From Negaprion brevirostris (lineage: Eukaryota), in assembly GCA_030324005.1 (NCBI GenBank), contig JARDVH010000084.1, positions 39,846,585 through 39,910,584 on the forward strand: a stretch of DNA of 64,000 nt, given 5' to 3'. This document shows, piece by piece, positions 23,141 to 36,437 of the stretch (positions are counted from its first letter, which is position 1; each line of letters starts with the position of its first letter). The position numbers and the translations under genes are program-made. The notes beneath the pieces are model-generated. The model saw only the letters and a list, made by a program, of their open reading frames with translations. It ran no database searches and was not told the DNA's origin.

Positions 23141-24164
23141 TTTCTATTTTTCATTCCACTGTCATGCCATGCAGAATGATACAACCAGTTCTGTCTGCAG
23201 CGTTTTGCAATGAGGCCCATCCTCAAGATGCCAATCATGTGCTTAGTGATGTTTCTGGTCTTCAGTGATTATTACTGTACCCATTCTACNNNNNNNNNNG
23301 GAATTGAAGAGGATTGGAGGAGTGCCTCAGGGTAAGAACATTATGACAGCTGTCAGCAAAACTGGAACCAATGTAAATGATCCTGAGGCCAGGTAGGCGT
23401 TGATGGGATGATTTGAGACAAGCTCAAGTTTTACCTAAGGTGACTCAATAGCTTCATGAGAAGCCGCTGATGCCAGCCATCCCACAGTTCTAAAGTTATC
23501 ACACTCTGGGAAGTCATGTACTAATAAGCTTTGGATAAGGGAGCATTGGCAATCTGTGTAACACAACTGTACACCGCAGACTGGGAAATATAGGTGGCAT
23601 CTCCAAACCCAGTCTGGGGAGAGTCAAAAGACAGAAGGTTCAGGGTGCTTCTCACCCCCACAGTCATTGACAAAATATGGCCCCCAATATAGCAGGTACC
23701 AAAATCTTACCATAGGTGGCTGTACAGATCTGTGGCACTTGTCTGATCAAATGCAGCCTCATGTCATAATGCCCCTCTAGGATATCCAAGCAGTGACTGA
23801 CACCAGTCCTACAGACTCGGTGGAACGATTAAGGCAGCTCCCCTCATCCACTCTGCCCAACAAGCCCAGCTCCTATCTTCCTGGATACGGAGGTTGCTGC
23901 TGTCATTCCAACAATCCATTCAGAATAAAGAAGCAAACACATTGTACAACATAAGCTGAAAATGCTTAGTCAGGATGAGGAAGACTAACAAATAAACAAA
24001 AAGAATCAAATTCCAAACTCTGAAGTGACAATCTGACACACCTGAAAAGTGTAGAGCCAAATGCTTAGAGGAGAAAATTTCAGGGCAATGGGGAAAATGC
24101 CAGGAATGGAACTAATTTCAAAGCTCTTCTATAAGATTGCATAAATCTCTGATAAAAAGGAAAA

Positions 24165-24550
24165 ATAAAGACATTTTTGCCCTCAGGATGACCCAAAGTG
24201 CTTTTGGGCCAATGAAATGCATTCAAAGTGTTGTCAGTCATGTAATGTAGGAAATACAGCAGCCAATTTGTACACAGCAAATTCCCACAAATGGCAATGT
24301 GATAATGGCCAGATAATCTTGTTTTATGATGTTGATTGAGGGATAAATATTGTCCATTGATAGGTTCCCAACACTTCTTTGAAATAGTGCCATGGAATCT
24401 TTTACGTCCACCTGAGAGGGCACTTGGGGCCGCGGTTTAAGTTCTCATTGGAAATACAACACCTCTGATAGTGCACCACCCATACCCTCCATGAATAAGA
24501 CATGAGTCCAAAACCTTCTGACTTACTGGCAACAGTGCCAAAGCTGACAC
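24165..24550 (-). mobile_element. Deu-domain SINE (SacSINE1-like)
   Basis: 'tgtaatgtaggaaatacagcagccaatttgtacacagcaaattcccacaaa...tgttgattgagggataaatattg...gtgccatggaatcttttacgtccacctgagaggg'. Confidence 0.8.
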
Positions 24551-25699
24551 ATTTGAGAACATTTTGCTTTAAGACTTGATTTGCTTTCAATCAGTTACCA
24601 TCTGCAATTTTTTTAGATGTTGCATATTAGTTAAGGGACACAACTTGCATTGTCAAATACCTTTTTTTAGTCTTTTCTCTGAGTTTAGTTTTCAAAATCT
24701 TTTATATCATTCATTCAGACAAGCTTCTGCCTCGTAGCTGGTGCTTGCTAAGCTCCTGAGACAGACAGCTTTCAAAGATCATGCTTGACAGTGGCTTCTG
24801 TTTAAATACTGGTACCTTGAGAGGAGGATTAGATCGCAACCCCTTTTGTTTAACCACCTGTGGCTATAACAGATACCATTACATTTGGGAATCTGCTTCT
24901 CTCCCACTTGCTCTTCAGGCAACTGCAAGTAGTCTACGCTGTGTAAACATGCTGTTGCAATTGGCTTTCTGCATAAGCTTTGAAAAGACACAAACTGCAA
25001 AACATCCATCCCATTCTCCCCCCGAACCCCAGTACAAACACATGATTTAGCATACTTTTTGCAAGTGCAGTTGCTCTTATTTTACTTCTTGGGTTCCAAA
25101 TAATTCAACATTATCTGACAAAGGAAAAGCAATGTTAGACTTGGCAGCTCTGTACAGTTAATAATTCCATCTTGAACAAGGGAGATCTATGATTGCTTGA
25201 TGAGAAGTACTGGTAGTTCAGGAACATTTCCTAGAAATTACTGTTTATGATACCAATACTTAAAATGTTCATATGGCATTTCTCAGTTCACTGTTTTATT
25301 TTAAGCATGAAACCATAGGACCTCCATTAAATAACTGCTTAGGAATGTGACACAAAAAAGAATGGCTGTAAACTCTAGACACATTTTGGAATCTTCATAT
25401 TCAAACTGATACTATGGAGCCAAACAGTGTGGTTGTTAAAACAAAAGTCTCTATTATTTCAGAATGTTTCAACATAGCGTGATTGAATGCAAGGTCTAGC
25501 ATACTTCATAACAGAGAAATGGTGTGTTCCACACACATCACTGATTCGTCCAATTAAAACTAAGCGTAGTCTTGAATTGGAATGGGCTTGAGGGTAGGGC
25601 TAATCAGACAAAGGCATGGGGATGTAACACAGTCTTTATTTTGTTGTCACACATTTACTCTCTTTCCACTATAAATTCCTATGTCCACATTTATGATGG

Positions 25700-26340
25700 G
25701 AACTCAAAGTCATTTCATCACTTTGTAACTGCCAATGGTGACAATAGAACACCTCAGCCGGCAGGAAGGTGAAACTGCAGTGTGACAGGTTTACACACAG
25801 GCAGTGTCCATAATAAATGTAGACAGAGGAATTTAGAACGGATAAAGATGGCTTTGAGGTAAGATCTTTCATAAATGAAAGAGAATCTTTAATGGCACGG
25901 CACATGGGAAATCATGCCCAAAAGCAGTTTTCAGGTGAAGGGGAGTTACAAGGTGCGATACAATTGAACCTTCTAACACATGACACTCGATGCCCATTTT
26001 AAAATCATGCATGCTGTTCTTACTTTTAAATATTTTGATTTCAATTCATAATTTATTAAACGAAAATTAAGATGATTTATGAAGCAAAGCAATAGAATTA
26101 GTTGAAGTACAGAGGTTTTCTCGGTCATTGAGAGAGAGCAGTTTGAACATGTTAAAGACAAGGCCTACAGCAGTAATTCTGGTAGAAGGATGAAATTACA
26201 GCATAATTTTATTTAGGCAATGTCAATTATAAATCTGGACGTAAGAATTAAAGATGAAAGGTTGGCATAAAAGTGTGACAAAAATGTCACAACAGGAAGT
26301 ATTTGCAGGCATAAAATTCTTAACATGCATACGCAGCTAA
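25700..26340. promoter_or_regulatory. Candidate conserved non-coding element (enhancer-like)
   Basis: No recognisable repeat. Dense in homeodomain motifs: TGACAG at 25783, TGATTTATGA at 26073, GTGACA-aaaa-TGTCAC at 26275-26290, and several CATAAA/TTTAT. Inference only, no alignment available. Confidence 0.35.
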
Positions 26341-27338
26341 TAATTTTTTTTTAAAGTGCATTCTGCACTGGGAAGAAACTTGACAGCTTGTTCAGTAAGT
26401 AAAGGCACCATCTGGTGTTGCACTCATACAGGACAGAAGGTAGCATGTTCAAATTTCGGCCGATGATGGGGAGCAGTTAATAGCTACAATTAATCTCATT
26501 GCAATTAGCTTGAGGGGGCGAGAATCATGGAGGAATCCCACTCCTAATCATTATCCTGTGATCAGTGCTGAAAAACGTCCTTGTGTAAAGATTAAATGTG
26601 CACAGCGTTCGACCCTGCCCGCTTTCATTTTCTGTGATTGAATAGCCTGCCAAAACCTGAAGACTGGATTTTCTGATTGGCGTTAAAGAAAGAAACAAAA
26701 AAAAGCTTTTAAAAAAAAATCAACCCAGATTTTCATCCCAAAAACAGTGCAAATTTCCAAAAATCACAAGTCCCACCCCTGAACATGGTACTTTCCACTT
26801 CTGCGGGGCAGGACTGGGAGGCAGGGTGCACTTCACAGAAGCAGATCAACATTAAATCATTTGCTACCTCCACTGAAGTGGACTTTTGGTAGGTCAGGAG
26901 TGTGAAACCTGTGTGCGAAATTAGACTAGAGAACAACAGGTTTGAACTTAATAGATTTGTTTGGATAGTCAAGGTGTCCCTTCGGATCTGGCCCCGGGAC
27001 ATCAATGGGTAATGTCAGGTGCCCTTTAGTTGAGTCAGGTAGGACTATAAGTAGGCATAAATGAGTGTAGAAACCAGATAAATGTACTGCTGTGAACGGA
27101 TCTGTAAAATCAACTATCAAAACCATCAGAGGCACTTGTCAAATGGATCTGTCAATGGGAGCTGTCAAGGCATTTAAAAAATCCTGTCCATTGAATCTTG
27201 GAAAAAAATGTCGGACTGTTTTTAAAAAAATGATTGCTTGCTATTTCACTCTGTCAACATAAGCCAGAAGGTTTCCATTACTGGATTGATGCTGCTGATT
27301 TCACAACCATTCATTATCACTTCTTGAAGTGACATTAC

Positions 27339-27474
27339 GGGCAGGATTCTCCAGCCTCACGTGCCCCAATGCCAGAAATTCCTGCTGAGCTCAATGGACG
27401 TTTAAATGGTTTGCCAAATTTTCTGTATCACCCACTACGATTCCCATGGGAGATGAGGTGGGAGAATTATGACC
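27339..27474. mobile_element. 136-bp Harbinger-like MITE
   Basis: TIRs GGGCAGGATTCTCC / GGAGAATTATGACC, with flanks TAC and TAT as a near-matching 3-bp TSD. Confidence 0.6.
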
Positions 27475-28204
27475 TATGAATTCCAATGCTTATTGTTATG
27501 AGACTGTGCACATAAATGAAATGGTTGTTGTTAAAAGGCTTTTAATTGAAGAAATGCAAATATAGTAAACTAGTTTTTAGATTGAAAGATTTCTTTTCAA
27601 TATAGTGAAGTCTGTAATAGACACTTAGAATGTGCATGGGGGCTATAAAGGGCTCTGGGGATGGATACAGAGGTAGAGGGACAATAAAGGGTTATCGAGG
27701 TAGACACAGGTGAACATGGAATATATGAGCGGCCCTGTGGCTGGGAACAGGGCATGTAACATGAGTTGGTATGGATAGGATATGGGATGTATGTATGGGT
27801 GTGAGGGGTGAGGGATGTTTTGTGTTTTAATCTGTACTTATCATTTTTGGACATTGTTTCAGAGCCCCAATGCAGACCTTTCACCCAGCCCACCTCCACA
27901 CCTAATGGCCTCCTCACTTTTTCCCAGGTTCCTTGCCTCGACAATTTTTCAGTTTGTAACTCCAGACATTTGGGCAGCCATTTTTAAAGGTCAGGCTCAA
28001 AGAGCTGGGAAGTCTCTCATTGCAACGCACGCAACCCATGAGTAAAAACTGGATCATAGATTCCATCGTCTCACCTTAAACATTGAAAGAAAAGACACTT
28101 GGACAAGGTTAAGTCAATATATTCAGAGGAAACGGGAGAACATTAAAGGAATGTATTTGACTGCCACCTTGTTTCAAAAATAGCATGGAAGGCATATGCT
28201 TTAT

Positions 28205-28462
28205 AATGAATATTACCTACGTGGCGAAAAACTGCAGCAGGCGACGGTGCAGAGGGACCTCGGGGTCCTTGTGCATGAGTCGCAAAANNNNNNNNNNNNN
28301 NNNNNNNNNNNNNNNNNNNNNNNNNNNNNNNNNNNNNNNNNNNNNNNNNNNNNNNNNNNNNNNNNNNNNNNNNNNNNNNNNNNNNNNATCAGCCATGATC
28401 TTATTGAATGGCGGGGCAGGCTCGAGGGGCTGGATGGCCTACTCCTGCTCCTATTTCTTATG
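28205..28462 (+). mobile_element. CR1 LINE (two ends joined across a gap)
   Basis: 'EYYLRGEKLQQATVQRDLGVLVHESQ', then the gap, then the CR1 tail. Confidence 0.9.
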
Positions 28463-29440
28463 AATAATATATGCTTTTCAAAACCTCTCAGCCTACTTGG
28501 TCTCACAAAGATATTCAACTGTCATGGATATAGCTAAGTTTTCATCATTCATAAACTTATTAAGCACTTTTAGGGAACTTCTCTATTAATGGACTCTTGT
28601 CTGTTCATGGTGCATATCCCAGTATTCTTCCTAAAATCTTCACTTTAAAATAAAGCCTCTTCGTAACTGACAGTGAATACAAGCTCTCAAATACAGGATT
28701 AAGTGCTTGGAGATGCAACTATTCAGGTGGGAAAGGAAATATTTTGGTGCCACTCCTGTAAAACCGCTGTTAAAGATTCATTAAAACATGCCCAGCATAC
28801 TTGGTGTAATTACCATACTGTAAGAACGGTAACCTTTTACTGAACGTTAGTGGATAGATTATTGGAATTGCATAAGCTGATTGGAGGCTGATCAAACGTC
28901 CATTAAAGTAGCTATTAAAATCTGACATTCTAAGTATGCCATTAGAATGGGAAAAGAAGTGCCTCACAGCTCTTACGTGTACTGTGCACTAGCTACTTAT
29001 TAATGGATGCAATATAAAAATAAAAAAATACACCAGTTAAGTTTAATTAAAAGCAATTTCCACAAGCTTTGGAGGCACTCAGTCCTTATTCTAGTTGGGT
29101 ACCTTTGAACTACGTCAAAAGACCGGTTTTGCAACCGTGATTTTTTCAGGACATATGTGCTCATGCTAATGAAATAAAATATGTCAGATTTGTCAGCAGC
29201 ATCAAGAATATGACACCTGACTTCAGGCATGACAATGGAGTAAGGATCATGTGAACCAGAGTTCAACGAGCTTGGACTAATAAAGATACTTCCTTTCTTA
29301 GAATGGTTAGACCTGCTTCCTTGTGGAAAGTTATTTGAACTTCTTATATTTATTACTGGATCACATTTTACAGTTTCTTAATGTAATTTAATCTGGATAT
29401 GCAAGTTCCAAATTCTGAACAGACTTTCTGTATTAAGTAA

Positions 29441-29830
29441 GGGGCGGCACGGTGGCACAGTGGTAAGCACTGCTGCCTCATAGCGCCAGGGACCTGTATT
29501 CGATTCCGGCTTATGCAGAGTCTGCACATTCTCCCCGTGTCTGTATGGGTTTCTTCCTGGTCCTCCGGTTTCCTTCCACAGTCTGAAAGACGTGCTGGTT
29601 AGGTGCATTGGCCATGCTAAATTCTCCCTCAGTGTACCCNNNNNNNNNNNNNNNNNNNNNNNNNNNNNNNNNNNNNNNNNNNNNNNNNNNNNNNNNNNNN
29701 NNNNNNNNNNNNNNNNNNNNNNNNNNNNNNNNNNNNNNNCTGGTTAGGTGCATTGGCCATGCTAAATTCTCCCTCAGTGTACCCAAACAGGCAGAGTGTG
29801 GCGACTATTTGTGACACCAGTAAATAAACG
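29441..29830 (+). mobile_element. V-SINE with 'ttgtgacac..taaataaa' tail
   Basis: Head GGGGCGGCACGGTGGCACAGTGGTAAGCACTGCTGCCTCA, B box TTCGATTCC, and a V-domain. Confidence 0.9.
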
Positions 29831-32800
29831 TAGAACTTTAATTTAAGTAGTCCAAAATACGTGTCAGGGATCATCCTACCTTTTTCTTGGAAAGGGTTTA
29901 CCTTAGAAAAAAATTACTGAACACATTACAGCTTCTTTGCTGAGACTGCTATCAATCTCCAATAGGAGCAGTCATCTTGGAAGAATTACCAGGAAATGAC
30001 ACTAAGTGTTACACTGAAGGCTAGATTTGAAAATAACTCTGGGGCACAGATGCAGTCTGCTTTTCATATACTGATTAAGCCTGACATACATTGAGAATGT
30101 TTTTAAAACCTTCACAGATGTTAAAGTTTCTCTTGTCTTATAAATAGCTATGGTCAACCGATACCAATATGGTTCTGAGCGCTACAATTTCCAGTAAAAT
30201 ACCACTGCTGCTACCTGGCCTCCAAAGATAAAACATATTGATGGGGTGCAGGTACTGATTTTAAAGATTAGTTTGATGGATTTTAAGGATAAACTGATAC
30301 AATTATGCATCCAAAACCTGAGAAATGGTTTGATTCAGTGAAAACACAAAGAATAAAGGAAACATCAATTGCAATGAAAGACAGCCTATGACATATGGAT
30401 CAGGTAATTGCTCCTCGAAGCTATAAAAACTGTAATGCTGCTCCTCACAGAACAATAGTTGATACAGACCAACCAACTATTAACAGTGAAGATTAGTTTG
30501 TGGAAGTATTACTTCACAAGACAGCCTGGCCGGTTCAGCATTCAAAAAGGCTGAACATATTTTGCAGCAGACTTTTCCCATCATAATGAATGCTTTTTAA
30601 ACACTTGTCAAAAGCCTACACCACTTATACTCTTGCAATGCAGCAATAATCAACACTTATGTAAGGAATATGTCTTCAACAGCAGCCAGTACGATAGGGA
30701 GTTGCACAATTAAACCCCACCAAAAAAAAACACAGTGAATGATAATCTGGCCACATTAAATTAAAATCAACCATGGGAATTAAGAAATGAAGTCTGGTTA
30801 TGCTCTTCTATCATGAATCTTGACAGTTTACTTCTTGACATTAGGATTGGTTTGTCATCCCCACACTTGCCCAATTTGTGCAAATAATATGACAAACTAA
30901 GCAAAAATCTTTGCTCATGTCTGATTTAAACCAGTACTATCAGTGTTTCTCACTGCTTTCTAACATTGCAACATGAAGCAAATTCTGTAATGGGTTGGGA
31001 TCTCTGGCTTGCAGCCTTGTTGATAGATTTTAAGGACTGTAGTATTCACACCTCACTCTTCGTTGCCCCACCTAGTAGTATTGCACTGGAGTGTTTTAAC
31101 TTGCAATTAAAAATAATGTAACTGTTTAGTTTTTAAGCTAAATCTCCAGATTTAAATTATTTTCTTTGAAAAACCTGGTGTTTCAGTCCAAAATTCTGAC
31201 TTACTACTTTATATAATTCCTTAAAATGCTGTAACATTTTGTCTTTCACTCATTGCTGTGCATTTTTAACAAATTTGTTCATCTTACCTTTAGGTATAAG
31301 TGATAATGTAATAATCCTGTCAAAATTTCTCTCAACAATATTCGTAGACCAATGCTCACCACTTTTGTTGGATCTTTCTCTGCTCCTAATTTTAACAGAG
31401 GATTTAACCCATTTATTTGATACATTAATTTGTTTTTGAGCAGCTGCCCACTGACATAACCTGTCATCCTCTCTTTGGTTTAAATTTTTATTCACTACCT
31501 TGTTGTAGCTGGCCACCAGGCTCTCTGTTCCTCTACTGGAATTCCAGCTATTCCCACAGCTTCCTATTCTCTCTGCTATTTCTCTGGTCTCTCTTTACAT
31601 CACTCATCTCTTTTCATGCTTTGTTACCTTACACAAAGTCAGAAAGTAACGCTTGGGTGTGGGCTCAAGTCTTCCATGAGCAAGATGATTTAGGAAAATG
31701 TTTATAATGCACTAGATACACCAGATGAAAGGAAATACTTCAAAACTTCACAGAATTCCACTCGACTCCAGCATTAACTGCTGTCAGATTCGGAACATTA
31801 TGGGCTGAAGTCCCACCCCAGGGATCTGAGCACAAAACCTAGACTTACATTTCAGTATCGCAGTATAAGTGTGCTTTTGTTGCAAGTACAACACTTATAC
31901 AAAATGACACAACACGATTAACACCTTAGTATGTAACATAATGGCAATAATGGCCTTGGAAGTGGTTGAAGGTGCACCCATTGTAGAGCACCAAAGAATC
32001 CAATATAGCAGGTGATTCAAAGTCTTCCACACCAGGTGTGTGCTAAAAGCAGAAAAGAAGTCCAGTACTTATTCCTGAAACAGGCTTTAAGCCTTTAACA
32101 TATGCAAATAAGTGCCCATTTGAGTTACCAGTACAAAATTCATCTGCTTTCAGCTATGTTCGGGAAAAATGCAGACTAAATACAACATAATTAGTCGTCC
32201 TTAAAAGAAGCAATGGAGCTGCCACTAAAATAGTAGGTGGTTAAAAAATATTATCAGAGTTAGGAGCCTGAAGGAGTAGGCATGCAGTGCCAAAAACCTA
32301 TTCCTAATCAGCCCTCCTCCTTAAAGCTTCCCTCCTATTTGTGCCACTTTGTTCCATCAGAGAGATAATTTCCTACGCCCAGTTTGTGCCAACCTGCACC
32401 AAATTCTAAGTGATTATCTTAATACATATTACATAAAATTGAAGATAACAAAAACCCATTGCAAAATATACATGCCAATGTTATGCAGTCTGAATTAATG
32501 TCAATTATCTCCTCATACTTTGGATTAAAGGTTAAAAAGAACCACTTGTAAGTTGTTAAATGACTTAATTGACTTATAGACAAACAAAACCCACCTGGCA
32601 CATGCCAGACACCCTCTCATTACTTCTACCTCACTGTAAAGTTGCTTTCTGATCACAGGTGCAGTCTTTTGGCTTAGTTTCAATAATACTAAACTGAGAT
32701 AGTTTCAGACTGTGGTTAGGTTTCATTCAAATCTGCTCTCCTCCCTCCACAAGTTAATGCAGAAAATTGGCTAAAATCTCAGACTTGTTTACAATGTCAG

Positions 32801-35170
32801 AAAAAGTTGGACTGAGGCTAGTCTGGGCAATCTTCATTATCCGGGCAGCCTGACAGAATCTCAACATTGACAGTCAGTCAAGAATGCTAGTTTCAAGCAG
32901 CCACAGAGAAGCTGACAGGGCCAACTGAGTTACTGGCAATCCACAGGTTACGTCACCTGAACATGTCAAAAACTGAAGGTGGAATAATATGGTGAGAAAT
33001 GGCACTAATTNNNNNNNNNNNNNNNNNNNNNNNNAATGTTGGCATGGAAGTTGCCACATTTTCTTGGCTCGTCGCCATCACTTGTTATGTCACATTTTGT
33101 ATCATATTCCATTCTTTGCATTATTAGCATTTCTTTAAGCCAGATGTTTCTGCAATATTATATCTCAACATTAAACTTTCTCAATTCAAACCTTAGCTAT
33201 TTTTCCGCAGCGAGGTAAATGCAATATTTTATAAAAGTCATGTGTTTCATCATACAAAATAAATAGTCATTATATGGAAAGCAAAACAAGCCATTTCTTG
33301 TTTAATAGGCTGAATTGCAACATAAACAATAAATCAATTGTCTCATTTTTCCAACTAGGATCCCAACATCTTAGAAGAATAAATTATTCATTCATATTCT
33401 TTAATTTTTTGAAGAATTGTCTATTTTTCCAAGACAATATTTTATTATTATTTGGTTTTAAAAGGACTAACAGTTCTCAAAAACAAACCAACAAATTCCC
33501 ATTTTAGATAACTTGAGGTCAAGTATTACTATGTTTGAACCCATTAGTGAATGAAAAACATACTTTTCAATTTGATCAGAATCATGCCTTGTGGTGCACA
33601 GATTGAGCCATGGGATGAGAAATGATAGGGAGGCTGTGCCCTTACCAAAATATGCCAAATTTCCCATGTAAAACTGAAATCTAATAAATAGTCTTATCAA
33701 CTTTAAGATTTAAACATTTTAAGTGTATTTTACATCCCAAAGAGTTTATTTGTTAAATACCCAAGGACACTCTACAATAGGAACATCACAGATGGGTTTC
33801 ACTTGCATTGTACCTTTGGATCCTAAAAAACTGAATTGATTAATTTAGTTTGCTATATAGAGAGAAAGCAGTGGTGGACTTCTCAGCTTGGAAGTGGATG
33901 GGAAACCTGAAGAGAGGTTAAATTTCTTAAATATGGAAGAATTGTAAAATCTGCTTACGTAAGCAGTTCATCTTTTGATTAAACATGCATTATAAGTAGA
34001 AAAAAGTACAATTGGTCAGATTATAATAACGTGTCTATGATTGGAGTTCATAGGTTCATTCTAGCTCACAGAATAGTGATTGCTGTGCATTCTAAGCTTA
34101 ACGCTTTGTTCAGCTGACAAGCTTTATGATCTCTCTGAAATCCATCACATTCCAAGTTCCCAGAGAACAAGAAAATCCCACATGATTACATGTGAGGAAT
34201 ACCAGAATCTAACTTTGTGCTGCTCAATATTGATGTGACAAGGCTCATAATTCTCCTACAGACAAATTTAGTACTTGCTCTGATTAAACCTCAGAAGCAT
34301 TCTGAATTTCAAAGTGGCTTATATCTGAGCCTTGGCGAGGTATATTAAAGTTCATATCCTACTTTATCTTCAAACAATTAGGTCCAAAGTCAGTTTTGAA
34401 TTCATGCTTATTTTCCACATACACTGGTTAATGAAGAATTTAATCAACAGTGGCTTTGCTGGCCTCAGCTGGATATGGTAAATGGATTCTAAAGCTGGCC
34501 ATTAAATTTTTCAACCATGTGCTTAAATATAGACAATTCTCAAAAAGAAAATCCACAATTAAATTTCACCAATTCTACAACTGGTACGACAGTGTTTCCT
34601 TTTCGCTAATTGTAGAAGGAAAAGATCTGATGGTGCCAAATTTGTATTTGATCCCACTGACCTTTGTTAAAAAACAACTGTCCAAAAATATATCTTCTAG
34701 TATCCTCAACACTTTGAGTCATGTAGCTTTTCAAAGGACAAAGATTTTATTAAAATCCAACTGTATTTTGAGGAAGAATGTTAGCTAAAAGGAACAATGT
34801 TGAATAAAGCACATCCTTCCTACAATGAAGGAAAAAAATCCTAAAAGTACTGCAGTATTCCCAAGGTAATGCTGGAGAGAAAATAAGGAAAGTATTATCC
34901 TGATGTAGCCATAGTTTGTCAGTTAAATGACTGCTGTCAGAACATAACTACCACTACAGCAATATTCATGTCTTGAGAATTGTAGGAACATTTTGCACTT
35001 ATCTAACTAATGGAGCCTGGAAGGAATGCACTTACAGAAGGAAATATCATGAATATGAACACAATCAATGAAGATAAACTCATATCTATTTAAGGCTGTT
35101 CTCTCCCTAACACTTTGCAGTACAGATTTTTAAAAATATTCTTTCACAGAGTCTGGCTGTCACTGGCTAG

Positions 35171-35310
35171 TCATGATTTGGAGATGCCGGCGTTGGACTG
35201 GAGTAAACACTGTAAGAAGTCTCACAACTCCAACAAGTTTATTTGATAGTAAACCCACAAGCTTTTGGGGTTTGCCCCTTTGTCAGGTGAGTGGAGAGTT
35301 CTGGTCTCTG
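35171..35310 (-). mobile_element. Penelope terminal fragment with 12-bp TSD and dead hammerhead
   Basis: Same family as 1780-1900. Flanked by GTCACTGGCTAG at 35159-35170 and 35311-35322. Hammerhead core decayed to CTGACAA..AAA (35256-35289). Confidence 0.75.
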
Positions 35311-35387
35311 GTCACTGGCTAGGCCAGTGTTTGGTGCACATCCCTAACCGTCCTTGAAAAGATAGTGGTGAACCACCTTCCTGAACT

Positions 35388-36437
35388 ACATAGAAACACA
35401 CGTAGAAAATAGAAAATAGAAGCAGGACTAGGCCATTCAGCCCTTTGTGTTTCCTCCGCCGTTCATTGTGATCATGGCTGATCAACACATTCAGGACCCT
35501 GATCCTGCCTTCCCCGTATGCCTTGAGCCACAACAGCTATGTCTAATTCCTTCTTGAAGTCGCACAATGTTCTTGGTCTCAACTGTGTCAGTGAATTCCA
35601 CAGATTCACTGCTCTCTGGGTGAAGAAATTTCTTCCACCTTAGTCCTAAAAGATTTATCTCTTATCTTCAAACTATGACCTCCAATTCTGGACTCCTCCA
35701 CCATCGGGAACTTTCTGGCTCTGAATCTACCCTACTTAATCCTGTTCAAATTTTATAAGTTTCTATGAGATTCCCTTTCACTGTTCTAAACTCCAATGAA
35801 TATAATCCTAACCAACTTAATCTTGTCCTCATATGACAGTCCTGTCATTCCAGGAATCAGCCCGGTGAACCTTTGCTGCACTCCCTCTATGGCAAGAACA
35901 TCCTTCCACAAATAAGGACACCAAAACTGCACATAATGCTCCAGATGTGGTCTCACTAACATCCTATGCAATTGCAGCAAAACATCTCTATTCCTATACT
36001 CAAATCCTCTCACTACGAAGGCCAACATACCATTTGCCTTCTTTACTGCCTGCTGTACCTGCATTCTTCAGCATGAGGACACTAAGGTCTTGCTGAGTAA
36101 CCTCCTCTCTCAATTTACACCCACTCAAATAATAATCTGCATTCCTTTTTGTGCTACCAAAGTGGATAATTTCACACTTATCCACATTGTACAACATCTG
36201 CCATACATATCCCCACTCACTCAGCCTGTCCAAATCATACTGAAGCATCTTTGCATCCTCCTCACAGCTCACTTTCCCACCCAATTTTGTATCATTCGCA
36301 AATTTGGAGATAATACATTTAGATCCCTCATCCAAGTCATTAATATATAATGTGAACAGTTGGGGTCCTAGCACATATCCCTGCAGTACCCCACAAGCCT
36401 GTCATTCGAAAAAAGGCGCATTTATTCAAACTCTTTG
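35388..36437 (-). mobile_element. CR1 LINE, ~1 kb RT-containing copy
   Basis: 'LGPQLFTLYINDLDEG..ISKFANDTKLGG' and 'QVQQAVKKANGMLAF..LVRPHLEHYVQFWCPY'. Flanked by CTTCCTGAACT at 35377-35387 and 36438-36448. Confidence 0.92.

Noticed and set aside
29441-29510. tRNA-like A/B boxes
   Set aside because: These are SINE heads, with no full cloverleaf or independent tRNA gene.
29595-29785. Duplicated V-SINE segment across a 100-N gap
   Set aside because: Same contig-overlap artefact.
33951-33966. Perfect 16-bp palindrome CTGCTTACGTAAGCAG with a TTACGTAA bZIP site
   Set aside because: About one such palindrome is expected by chance in 64 kb, and there is no other support.
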